49,529 nucleotides of DNA, from the NCBI GenBank assembly GCA_025361445.1, contig JANYLP010000056.1, positions 1 to 49,529 of the forward strand. The letters run 5' to 3'. Source of the DNA: Coriobacteriia bacterium. GTDB taxonomy: Bacteria > Actinomycetota > Coriobacteriia > Anaerosomatales > PALSA-660. This document shows, in pieces, positions 41,656 through 49,529 of the stretch; within the stretch, counting starts at the first letter, position 1, and every line of letters starts with the position of its first letter. The notes below the pieces were generated by a model, which was given only the letters and a program-made list of their open reading frames with translations, made no database searches and was not told where the DNA came from. The position numbers were made by a program, and so were the translations under genes.

Positions 41656-42165
41656 CTACTTCTCCACAAAGACGACGTTGTCGATGAGCCACTTGCCGCC
41701 GGAGTACTTGAATACGACGTCGGTCTTCAGCAGCGCAGTATCTTCGGGGTTGACGATGGTCAACGTGTTCCCGGCGATGCTGGCCTTCCCTCCTGCTTCG
41801 CTCTGCAGGAGCTTGAGCGTCGATATCGACATGGGTTCGGCGGGAAGCCCATCGTTCGCCAGCGTCTTCGCGTTGGACTTCACGAAGTTCGCAACGTAGT
41901 CCTTGGTTGTGACTATGTTCTCCAGTTTCGCAATCACCTCAGGGGTCACGTCTTCCGCCCCATTCACTGCCTCCAGTTTGGAGGTTGCCAGAGCCATCAC
42001 GGTATCCGCGTCCTTCCGGGTCAGCACGGCGTCAGGGGTATTCACCGGGTTCTCCGCCGGGGTCTGCACCTGGGTCCGCTCCGACGAAAATTCCTTCACC
42101 GGGGAGCACCCCGCCCCGGCGACGGCGACAAGCAGCAGACACACCAGCGGGATCATCCTCTTCAT
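41656..42165 (-). CDS. Hypothetical lipoprotein
   Basis: MKRMIPLVCLLLVAVAGAGCSP is a signal peptide plus lipobox. GAAGGGAAG lies upstream. The mature part is K/N/E/T-rich and matched no family I can recognise. Its codon usage is visibly less GC-biased than that of its neighbours. Confidence 0.7.
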   Translation of the reverse strand: MKRMIPLVCLLLVAVAGAGCSPVKEFSSERTQVQTPAENPVNTPDAVLTRKDADTVMALATSKLEAVNGAEDVTPEVIAKLENIVTTKDYVANFVKSNAKTLANDGLPAEPMSISTLKLLQSEAGGKASIAGNTLTIVNPEDTALLKTDVVFKYSGGKWLIDNVVFVEK

Positions 42166-42560
42166 CGGGACATCTTCCCTTCATGGGGCCTGATTGAGAT
42201 GACGACGATTTCCTGAAGTCCCTCGGTTGGATCATACAGACCCGCATAGCTTCCAAGTATCAACGGAAACGGGGCGGCTCCAACCCCATACTGGTTCATC
42301 TCACTTTGCAGCAATTACAAACGCGTCTACCAAGTCCGACCAGACTCTTCGCAGGTGGAGGGCTCGTTCCGGAAAACCGGGGCGGGCCCTCTCCTCGTCT
42401 CTGGCCGGCTCCTGCACCGCGTCCGCGCAATCGGGTAGACTCAGCAGCGCCCCGCAAGGGGTGGCGTTGGAGCCGGGATATGCGCTCGCCGTGCAGTTCC
42501 GGCTCCGCGTCTCTTCTCATGCAGTTCGCGATCCGCACGGATCCCGGCGAGAGGACGATC

Positions 42561-44324
42561 GTGGCGCCTGTGCTCCTTTCCGGTAATGAGGCCATCGCCC
42601 GCGGGGCTTGGGAAGCCGGCGTGCGCTTCGGCTCGGGCTACCCGGGCACCCCCTCCACCGAGATCCTCATCGCCCTGGCCAAGCTCCCCGGCGTTCGGTG
42701 CGAGTGGGCGCCGAATGAGAAGGTGGCGCTCGAAGTCGCTATCGGTGCGGGAATGGCGGGGCACCGTTCCCTCGTGACGATGAAGCACGTGGGGCTGAAC
42801 GTCGCCGCCGACCCGCTGATGACCCTTGCGTACACAGGCGTCTCGGCCGGCGTTGTCATCCTCGTGGCCGACGATCCCGGCATGCATTCCTCCCAGAACG
42901 AGCAGGACTCCCGCAACTGGGGCCCCTTCGGGAAGATCCCGATCCTTGAGCCGTCCGATAGCGCCGAGGCCCTCGCCATGGTCCGCGATGCGTTCGGTCT
43001 CTCAGAGCGGCTCGACATGCCGGTTCTGGTCCGCTCAACGACCCGGCTGAGCCATGGCAAGACGCTCGTCGAGGTGGGGGAGCGCGTCGAATCCGACACG
43101 CCCGGCTACCGCAAGTCGGCGGCGAAGTGGGTCATGGTGCCCGGGAACGCGCGTGGGCGACGCGTGGACCTCGAGAAGCGTCTCGCTGCGGCGCGCGCGG
43201 AGAGCGAATCGTTCGCGTACACGGTCGAGGAGATGCGCGACGCCTCGCTCGGCATCGTGTGCTCCGGCGTCGTGTATCAGTACGTGCGGGAAGCACTTCC
43301 CGACGCGTCCACGCTTCGGATCGGGATGTCGTTCCCACTGCCGGAGGACCGCATCCGGGAGTTCGCCGGCAAGGTCGGTCGCCTGGTCGCCATCGAAGAA
43401 CTCGACCCATACCTGAGGTCGAGCCTTGCAGCGATGGGGCTCGCCGTCCAGGTGGTACCGGTCCCGCACATAGGTGAGCTATCGCCCGGCCGGATCGCCG
43501 ACGCGTTCGGCATCGCGGCGCCCGATACGCGCGATCCGATGGATGATCTCCCGGCGCGGCCGCCGATGCTGTGTCCGGGCTGCCCACACCGTGGAGTGTT
43601 CGCGGCGCTGCGGACAATGGGGGCGGTCGTTCAGGGTGACATCGGGTGCTACGCGCTTGCGGCGCTACCACCGCTCTCCGCGATGGACAGCTGCGTCGAC
43701 ATGGGCGCCTCCATCGGCATGGCGCACGGCATGAGCGTCGTCAACGCGTCCACGGGCGTCTCAGGCGTCCCCGTGGTCGCGGTGATCGGCGACTCGACCT
43801 TCGCCCACTCGGGCCTCACAGGGCTTCTGAACGCTGTGTACAACAATACCGACACCACGGTCGTGATACTCGACAACCGCACAACCGCGATGACCGGCCA
43901 CCAGGACAATCCCTTCACCGGACGCACCCTGATGGGCGTTCCGGCCCCCGAGATCGACATCGAGGCCGTGGTGCGTGCGCTTGGCGTCACCAGCGTGCAG
44001 ACGGTGAACCCGAACCTTCTCAAGCCGACGGCGAAGGCCCTCGGCGAAGCGGTCGCGTTCCCGGGTGTCTCGGTCGTCATCGCCCGCGCACCCTGCGCGC
44101 TGCTCGACAAGGAGCCGCACGACCCGTTCGCCGTGGACGAAGACGAGTGCACCGCCTGCGGGGAGTGCATCCGTCTGGGATGCCCGGCGATCAGTCGTGA
44201 CGACACGGCCAAGGCCGTCATCGACACCGCGCTGTGCGTGGGGTGCCGTCAGTGCGTGCAGGTGTGCAGGTACGGAGCGATCGTGCGCGCGGGGCGCGCC
44301 TGTGACATCGGGAGCGGCCTGTGA
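42561..44324 (+). CDS. iorA: Indolepyruvate:ferredoxin oxidoreductase alpha subunit
   Basis: Start proposed at GTG 42561 (GAGAGGA upstream), with ATG 42519 as an alternative. Motifs LLSGNEAIARGAWEAGV and CPGCPHRG. Two C-terminal 4Fe-4S motifs (CTACGECIRLGCP and CVGCRQCVQVC). Confidence 0.9.
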   Translation: MAPVLLSGNEAIARGAWEAGVRFGSGYPGTPSTEILIALAKLPGVRCEWAPNEKVALEVAIGAGMAGHRSLVTMKHVGLNVAADPLMTLAYTGVSAGVVILVADDPGMHSSQNEQDSRNWGPFGKIPILEPSDSAEALAMVRDAFGLSERLDMPVLVRSTTRLSHGKTLVEVGERVESDTPGYRKSAAKWVMVPGNARGRRVDLEKRLAAARAESESFAYTVEEMRDASLGIVCSGVVYQYVREALPDASTLRIGMSFPLPEDRIREFAGKVGRLVAIEELDPYLRSSLAAMGLAVQVVPVPHIGELSPGRIADAFGIAAPDTRDPMDDLPARPPMLCPGCPHRGVFAALRTMGAVVQGDIGCYALAALPPLSAMDSCVDMGASIGMAHGMSVVNASTGVSGVPVVAVIGDSTFAHSGLTGLLNAVYNNTDTTVVILDNRTTAMTGHQDNPFTGRTLMGVPAPEIDIEAVVRALGVTSVQTVNPNLLKPTAKALGEAVAFPGVSVVIARAPCALLDKEPHDPFAVDEDECTACGECIRLGCPAISRDDTAKAVIDTALCVGCRQCVQVCRYGAIVRAGRACDIGSGL

Positions 44325-44911
44325 GCGTCACATCCGTCATGCTCGTCGGCGTGGGCGGTCAGGGCACGATCCTGGCATCAGACGTCCTTGCCAAGGTCGC
44401 CGCGACCTCAGGACTCGACGTGAAGCTCGCCGAGGTCCACGGCATGTCCCAGCGAGGCGGTTCCGTCGACACCGTCGTGCGCTTCGGGGAACAGGTCTTC
44501 TCGCCGACGATCGACCCGGGGGTGGCCGACCACCTCGTGAGCTTCGAGCTCATCGAGGCCGCGCGTTGGCTGCACTGGCTCAGGCCCGGCGGCCGGCTCG
44601 TCGTCAACAACAACGTCATCGCCTCGCTACCCATGCTCACGGGGTCCTGCGTGATGCCGACAGGACTCGAAGCGGCGCTCGCATACGAAGGCGCGGTATT
44701 CCTGGATGCCGAGGAGCTCGCGTGCGAGGCGGGTTCTCCACGCAGCGCCAACATCGTGCTGATGGGTGCGCTCTCGGTGGGGCTGCCGTTTCCGGAGCAA
44801 GTCTGGCGCGACGTGATCACGAAGCGCGTCCCGCCGAAGACCGTCGAGGGTAATCTCGCGGCGTTCGAACTCGGCATGCGGGCGTGCGCGCACGGCGTGT
44901 GCGAGATCTGA
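44321..44911 (+). CDS. iorB: Indolepyruvate:ferredoxin oxidoreductase beta subunit
   Basis: GTG overlaps the iorA TGA. N-terminus VGVGGQGTILASDVLA. Confidence 0.9.
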   Translation: MSVTSVMLVGVGGQGTILASDVLAKVAATSGLDVKLAEVHGMSQRGGSVDTVVRFGEQVFSPTIDPGVADHLVSFELIEAARWLHWLRPGGRLVVNNNVIASLPMLTGSCVMPTGLEAALAYEGAVFLDAEELACEAGSPRSANIVLMGALSVGLPFPEQVWRDVITKRVPPKTVEGNLAAFELGMRACAHGVCEI

Positions 44912-44927
44912 GCGAGGCCGCACTGAG

Positions 44928-46214
44928 CTAGAAGCCGCCCACCAACGGGCTGCCGTTGGCCAGGTTACCCTTCGCGTGGATATGGCACGCAGCGCAGTTC
45001 GTCGGGAACACGGTCGTGTCGACCGTCGTCGCAGTGATGGCGCTCGCGCGCGCATCGTGTGAGGCCGAGTCCCACACGTGGCACGTGTTGCAGAAGAACC
45101 GGAAATCCTTGACCCCACCGCCGACCCGCGCCGTCAGCACGCCGTGGATCGTCTTGTCGCCACTCGCCGACACGATCTCGGTCTGGATCGCGTCCCCGTT
45201 GGCCGTACCGTGAGGATCGTGGCACACGCGGCACTCGAGCACATCACCGTACTTATAGCCCATATCCGGCCGCAGGTATGCATTGGTGGTCGTCGAGTCG
45301 CTTCGCTGGTCGAACCCGTGCACATTCGTCTGGTACAGGGTCTGCACGTCTAACGTGGTTGTCGCGGCGTTACGCGCAAGCACGGCGCCCGCCCACGGAG
45401 CGGTCTCCGCGGCCGTCGGCAGCGCCTGCCCGTTGTGGCACCGGAAGCAGAAGCCCTTCTCATCCAGGCGTGGCTGCAACCAGGCCCCCGCAGGGCTGGG
45501 GTTGTGGGGATCGACCAGCGGGAGCGTCTTGGTGGTCGCGTGGGTGTTGTGGCAGTTCTGGCACGTCATGCGCGCACCGGTCACCTGGTCCTGAGGCAGC
45601 AGGGGATGCTTCGAGTTGGAGGCCTCATTCAGGGTCAGCTTCGTATAGATATCCGTCTCGTCGGGGTTGGATGCTGAGGCGGTGTGGCACTGCATGCAGA
45701 CCATGTACCCCTCGTACTTGAGCAGCCCCGTGTTCCTGGACGAGTGCGACTCGTGGCAGGTATCGCACACGATGCCGGCCCCCGTCGGGGGAGGCGGGAT
45801 GTTGCGGTGGCCTGACGCCTCGAATGCGGTCAGGTCGCCCATCGGCAGGGTCGAGCCGGGACCGTGGCACTTGTAGCAGAAGCTGTTGCCGGCGGGCGTG
45901 TCGGTGGTCAGGACGCACGGTGACGATCCGTTCGTCCGCATCAGGTTCGCGGCCGGTGTGCCGGTCTTGTGCAGCGGTACGTGGCACGTTATGCACACGA
46001 ATGGCTGGTCGACTGTCGGCGTAGCGCCCTCTGAGTGCTTCGACTTGAGCAGCGGATCGAGGAACTGCTGGTACGAGGACGCAGGCGCGTGGCAGGTCGG
46101 ACACATCGTCTGCTTACCGACGTCCGGGAAACGGATCAGCGTATCGACGCCCGCCGCGACGTGCGTGGCGTGGCAGATGCAACCAGACGCGGCGCTGCCG
46201 AACTCGTGCGGCTG
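44928..46214 (-). other. Multiheme cytochrome c domain of the giant protein
   Basis: Motifs in order: CICH, CPTCH, CITCH, CYKCH, CDTCH, CMQCH, CQNCH, CFRCH, CRVCH, CNTCH and CAACH. Several are of the CxxCHxxH type (CHESH, CHNTH, CHDPH). Confidence 0.85.
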
Positions 46215-49200
46215 GGCGTTGGCCCCCGGTATCGCCACGATGGATCGGGCCAGCGCCTCGACCGACGGTGAGCTGAGCGTGCCCGACGCGTCGATTGCGG
46301 TCACGGAGTAGAAGTACGGCTCGCCGTCGTTGACCGCCCAGTCGATGTATCCGAGGTTGGTGATGGGGATCACCGTGAGCGTAGTGATCGTCGAGGTGGC
46401 CGCCAGGCTGGCCGGGCCGCGCTTGACGATGTAGCCCATGATCGCCGGGTTCGAGGACGCGGCCCACTGCACGAAGACCCCGCCAAGGATCGGCGTAGCC
46501 GTGATTCCCAGGGGCCGAGGAGGGCGATAGGTGACGGGTGCGATGTACGGCCAAACGGCGGCCAGCGTGTTGGAGGTCGTCGGACTCTCGCCGCGTGAAT
46601 CAACGGTGGAGATCGCGTACCAGTATCGGGTCGATGAACGCCGGCCTGTATCGATGTAGGAGCAGTCGAGCACTCCGCCTGTGGTCGTGGCGATGGCGGA
46701 GAACGTCGCGCCGTCTTCCGAGCGCCAGATCCGGTAGGAGGCCGTCCCGACGGAGTCAGTCGTCGCCGTCCAGTCGATGTAGACGGAATCGCCTGTCGGC
46801 GCCTTCGCATACACGGCATCGGGCGCGGTCGGCAGGGGGGAGTTGTCCGTGGTGACAGTGACGGTGGCCGAAAGCGTAGAAGTGGCACCAGCACTGTTCA
46901 CGGTCATGACCCTGATCGCATACGGGGTCGCCTTGTGCAGGCCGACGATGTCGACGAGCGGACTCGTGACCGACGCGTAGAGCGCCCCATCGACGAACAC
47001 GTCGTATCGGGCGATCCCGCTCGGGGTTGCGACCACCGGAGTCCAGCTCGCGTTGATGCTCTGGTAGCTGGTGGCGGCCCCGATGACGGTCGGAGCTGGC
47101 GGTGTCTGCGTGTCGACGAGGAAGAGATGGGATCTGACGAGTTCATCGGCGCGACCCGTGCCCGTGTCCTTGGTCCAGTAGTAGAGCGTGCTGACGGGCC
47201 CCGGGGGGGTCAGTGCGGTCGCGTAGTCCGTCCAGGGGCCGGAGACGCTGGTCCAGCTGTAGCGAGTCGTCCGCGGCAGTCCCCCGGTGTCCGGAGGAAA
47301 CGACGCCAGACTGATCGTAGGCGTCGCGTTCACGAACCAACCGCCGAGTCCGTTCGCAGTGAACGGTGCGGTCGTCAACAGTGTCGTGTAGGGCGCTGTC
47401 TCGAGCGCGGAGGTCAGAAGCGCCGTCGCCGGAGCGCTGTCACTTGACGAGTTGCCGGCAGTGTCCACGGTCCTGACGGTGATCGAGTACAGGGTGTACG
47501 GTGACAAGCCGGCGACCGACAGAGAGCCCGTGATCGAGTTGCCGTAGTAGGCGCCGTCAACGTAGACCTCGTAGCGGGCGACCCCGGACACCGCGTCGGT
47601 GCCTGCGGTCCACGTGACCAGGGCGCTCGATGTAGTGACCGCGGAGACGCCGACCGAGGCCGGCGCCGTCGGGTTCGACGCGTCGGTCTTCAGGGAGATG
47701 CTGCGAACCGTCTCAGCATCGCTTCCGACGTTCACTGAGTAGTAGTAGAGCGTCTGCGTGCCCTCCATCGCCGAGAAAGGGGCGACGTACGCGCTGAAGG
47801 GGCCAGCGGCCGAAGTCCAACCGTAGTAGGTCGTAGCCCCGACCGTCGATGTCGCGGTGATCATCGGCGCGGCACCCTTGTACCAGCCGCTCGCCCCGTT
47901 CGGAGAGACCGGGTTGACCGTCATCGTCGTCGTGGGTGGCACCAGGTTGTTGTTTTGCAGGATCGTTCCGTTGACACCGACGATCCAGCCGCGAGACGTG
48001 CCGGAAAACGCGATCGAGGACAGTGCCTGGTTGGTTCCTGCGTCGCGCATGGTCCACGTTTCGCCGCCGTCGATCGTGCGAACGGCTATGCCGCCTCCTC
48101 CGACGGCCCAGCCGGTATTGGCATCTGCGAAGCGGATCCAGTAAAGAGGCGAGCTCGTGGGCGTGGACTTGCGGGTCCACAACGCTCCGCCGTTGGTCGT
48201 CTTGAGGATGACGCCGGAGTCTCCGACCGCGTAGCCGGTGTTCGCGTCGCGGAAGTAGACGTCCCAGAGGTTCGCGTTGGCGGTCGTCGACTGCGACGTC
48301 CAGTTGATGCCGTGGTTGGCGGTGACCCAGACCGCGTTGTTGCCTGAGACGCGGGTCGTCACGGCCCAGGCCTTCTCGGCGTCCACCATGTAGAGACCGG
48401 TCACGGGCTGGGTAGGCAACGTCGACGCGGTCGTCCACGTCGAGCCGGCGGTGGTGGTGAATTTGAGCGCACCTGTCCCGGCGATGATCGCGCGGCTCGG
48501 ATCACCGGAACCGATCGCGGCGAGGTTGACGGTGACACCCGAGGTCTGGGCGAGCCAGGTCAGACCACCGTTGACAGTGCGCCGGACCGTGCCGTTATCT
48601 CCTGCGGTCCAGCCGTTGAGCGCGTCGCTCATGAGGACTTGGTTGAGAGACACCGTGCTGCCGGTCTTCTGTTGAGTCCACGTCTGACCGCCGTCCGCGG
48701 TGCGCATCATCGTTCCGCCGGTGCCGGAGGCCCATCCGTTTGCAGCGTCCGTGAACATCACGGAGTTGAGCGTGCTCAACGTCCCGTATTGTAGGGAGGT
48801 CCAGGTCGTTCCGCCGTCGATGGTGCGGCGGACCGTGCCGGAGTCACCAACAAGATACCCGGTGTTCCCGCTGAACCAGGAGCCATAGACGCCGGTGGCC
48901 GGATCGAGAGTGGACGTGGGCATTCCGGCAACCTGTGAGACCCATGTCACGCCGCTGTCGGTGGATTTCTGCACGATGCCGAAGCTGCTTCCGAGCCAGC
49001 CGGTGGTAGTCGAGATCGGGAATACCGTTCGAACAGGGTTCGTCCCGGCGCCGGTCGTCTGCGTGGTCCAGCTCGTGCCGCCGTTGATGGTCGTGCGCAT
49101 GGTGCCGTTGTTGCCCGAGACCCACACCACGGATGCGCTGACACCACGGACGGAGAGGAGCGCCTGACCACCGGACGCCGAGGAACTCCACGTCTCGCCG

Positions 49201-49529
49201 GCGTTGATGCTCTTTCGGATGGTGCCGGTCGCGCCAACGGCGTATCCGGTGTTGGCGTCCGCGAACCACACCGCGTTTAGGTTCTGGACGGTCCCCGACG
49301 GCTTGGCAACCCATGTAGTCCCGCCGTCGATGGTCTTCAGGATCGTGCCGGTGTTGCCCACCGCGAAGCCGGTGGTCGCGCTGGTGAACCAGAGGCCGTT
49401 CAGCTGGTTCGTCGTCGTGGATGTCTGCGCGACCCAGTCGATACCGTTGCCGTTATTGGTAGCAGGGCGATGTTGTCGGGCACTTTTGGGTGCCGCCGCA
49501 GTGCCGGCTTTGGTCGCATTTCTGGCGTT
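44928..49529 (-). CDS. Giant secreted/surface protein, N-terminus off-window: Asp-box beta-propeller repeats + beta-sandwich/FN3 stalk + C-terminal multiheme cytochrome c domain
   Basis: The minus-strand frame stays open from 49361 to the window edge (...NGIDWVAQTSTTTNQLNGLWFTSATTGFAV-GNTGTILKTIDGGTTW...). The track's 'M' at 49361 is therefore an internal GTG. At least 12 repeats of about 40 aa carry (T/S)x(D/N)GGxTW. FN3-like modules follow. The last ~430 aa hold 10 CxxCH motifs and one CxCH. Confidence 0.85.
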   Translation of the reverse strand, partial: NARNATKAGTAAAPKSARQHRPATNNGNGIDWVAQTSTTTNQLNGLWFTSATTGFAVGNTGTILKTIDGGTTWVAKPSGTVQNLNAVWFADANTGYAVGATGTIRKSINAGETWSSSASGGQALLSVRGVSASVVWVSGNNGTMRTTINGGTSWTTQTTGAGTNPVRTVFPISTTTGWLGSSFGIVQKSTDSGVTWVSQVAGMPTSTLDPATGVYGSWFSGNTGYLVGDSGTVRRTIDGGTTWTSLQYGTLSTLNSVMFTDAANGWASGTGGTMMRTADGGQTWTQQKTGSTVSLNQVLMSDALNGWTAGDNGTVRRTVNGGLTWLAQTSGVTVNLAAIGSGDPSRAIIAGTGALKFTTTAGSTWTTASTLPTQPVTGLYMVDAEKAWAVTTRVSGNNAVWVTANHGINWTSQSTTANANLWDVYFRDANTGYAVGDSGVILKTTNGGALWTRKSTPTSSPLYWIRFADANTGWAVGGGGIAVRTIDGGETWTMRDAGTNQALSSIAFSGTSRGWIVGVNGTILQNNNLVPPTTTMTVNPVSPNGASGWYKGAAPMITATSTVGATTYYGWTSAAGPFSAYVAPFSAMEGTQTLYYYSVNVGSDAETVRSISLKTDASNPTAPASVGVSAVTTSSALVTWTAGTDAVSGVARYEVYVDGAYYGNSITGSLSVAGLSPYTLYSITVRTVDTAGNSSSDSAPATALLTSALETAPYTTLLTTAPFTANGLGGWFVNATPTISLASFPPDTGGLPRTTRYSWTSVSGPWTDYATALTPPGPVSTLYYWTKDTGTGRADELVRSHLFLVDTQTPPAPTVIGAATSYQSINASWTPVVATPSGIARYDVFVDGALYASVTSPLVDIVGLHKATPYAIRVMTVNSAGATSTLSATVTVTTDNSPLPTAPDAVYAKAPTGDSVYIDWTATTDSVGTASYRIWRSEDGATFSAIATTTGGVLDCSYIDTGRRSSTRYWYAISTVDSRGESPTTSNTLAAVWPYIAPVTYRPPRPLGITATPILGGVFVQWAASSNPAIMGYIVKRGPASLAATSTITTLTVIPITNLGYIDWAVNDGEPYFYSVTAIDASGTLSSPSVEALARSIVAIPGANAQPHEFGSAASGCICHATHVAAGVDTLIRFPDVGKQTMCPTCHAPASSYQQFLDPLLKSKHSEGATPTVDQPFVCITCHVPLHKTGTPAANLMRTNGSSPCVLTTDTPAGNSFCYKCHGPGSTLPMGDLTAFEASGHRNIPPPPTGAGIVCDTCHESHSSRNTGLLKYEGYMVCMQCHTASASNPDETDIYTKLTLNEASNSKHPLLPQDQVTGARMTCQNCHNTHATTKTLPLVDPHNPSPAGAWLQPRLDEKGFCFRCHNGQALPTAAETAPWAGAVLARNAATTTLDVQTLYQTNVHGFDQRSDSTTTNAYLRPDMGYKYGDVLECRVCHDPHGTANGDAIQTEIVSASGDKTIHGVLTARVGGGVKDFRFFCNTCHVWDSASHDARASAITATTVDTTVFPTNCAACHIHAKGNLANGSPLVGGF
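47951..49529 (-). repeat. Coding tandem repeats: Asp-box (BNR/Ycf48-like) propeller blades
   Basis: Blade motifs seen in the translation: TIDGGTTW, SINAGETW, TINGGTSW, STDSGVTW, TIDGGTTW, TADGGQTW, TVNGGLTW, TTAGSTW, ANHGINW, TTNGGALW and TIDGGETW. Each is followed about 20 aa later by (F/W)xDxxxG(W/Y)AVG-type strands. Enough blades are present for about two 7-bladed propellers. Confidence 0.75.

Overview
This is a high-GC, densely packed window with almost no non-coding DNA. All calls were made by eye from the ORF translations and the raw sequence. No searches were run.

The taxonomic signal points to an anaerobic, deep-branching actinobacterium. An mIHF-type integration host factor sits in front of gmk-rpoZ. 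The window also encodes class-1B PyrK/PyrD, 2-oxoacid:ferredoxin and indolepyruvate:ferredoxin oxidoreductases, and a rubrerythrin-like protein.

About the first 25 kb is conserved housekeeping sequence:
- The tail of the cell-division cluster: phoU (5' partial), yggS, sepF, proC, yggT, divIVA and a DUF167 gene.
- A T-box leader followed by ileS, then a DksA/TraR-like zinc-finger gene, lspA and rluD.
- An OmpR-type two-component pair with a convergent GerMN lipoprotein gene.
- A PyrR attenuator and a complete pyr operon (pyrR-pyrB-pyrC-carA-[tandem USP]-carB-pyrK-pyrD-pyrF-pyrE).
- mihF-gmk-rpoZ.

The normally adjacent rpoZ and coaBC are separated here by about 14.4 kb of accessory genes:
- A GTDC1/DUF3524-type glycosyltransferase.
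- A 7-gene translationally coupled operon: PadR, a DUF1700-like membrane protein, PLDc_N and two ABC-2 exporters.
- A reverse rubrerythrin.
- Two tandem paralogous membrane GGDEF + HD-GYP proteins.
- korAB.

After coaBC come a DUF190 gene, tRNA-Pro(GGG), a compositionally atypical lipoprotein gene and iorAB.

The right edge holds the most unusual element. It is a protein of more than 1,530 aa on the minus strand, with its N-terminus off-window. It fuses Asp-box beta-propeller repeats, a stalk of beta-sandwich and FN3 modules, and a C-terminal multiheme cytochrome c domain with 10 CxxCH motifs plus one CxCH.

I found no CRISPR array, transposase, integrase, recognisable defence gene or rRNA.
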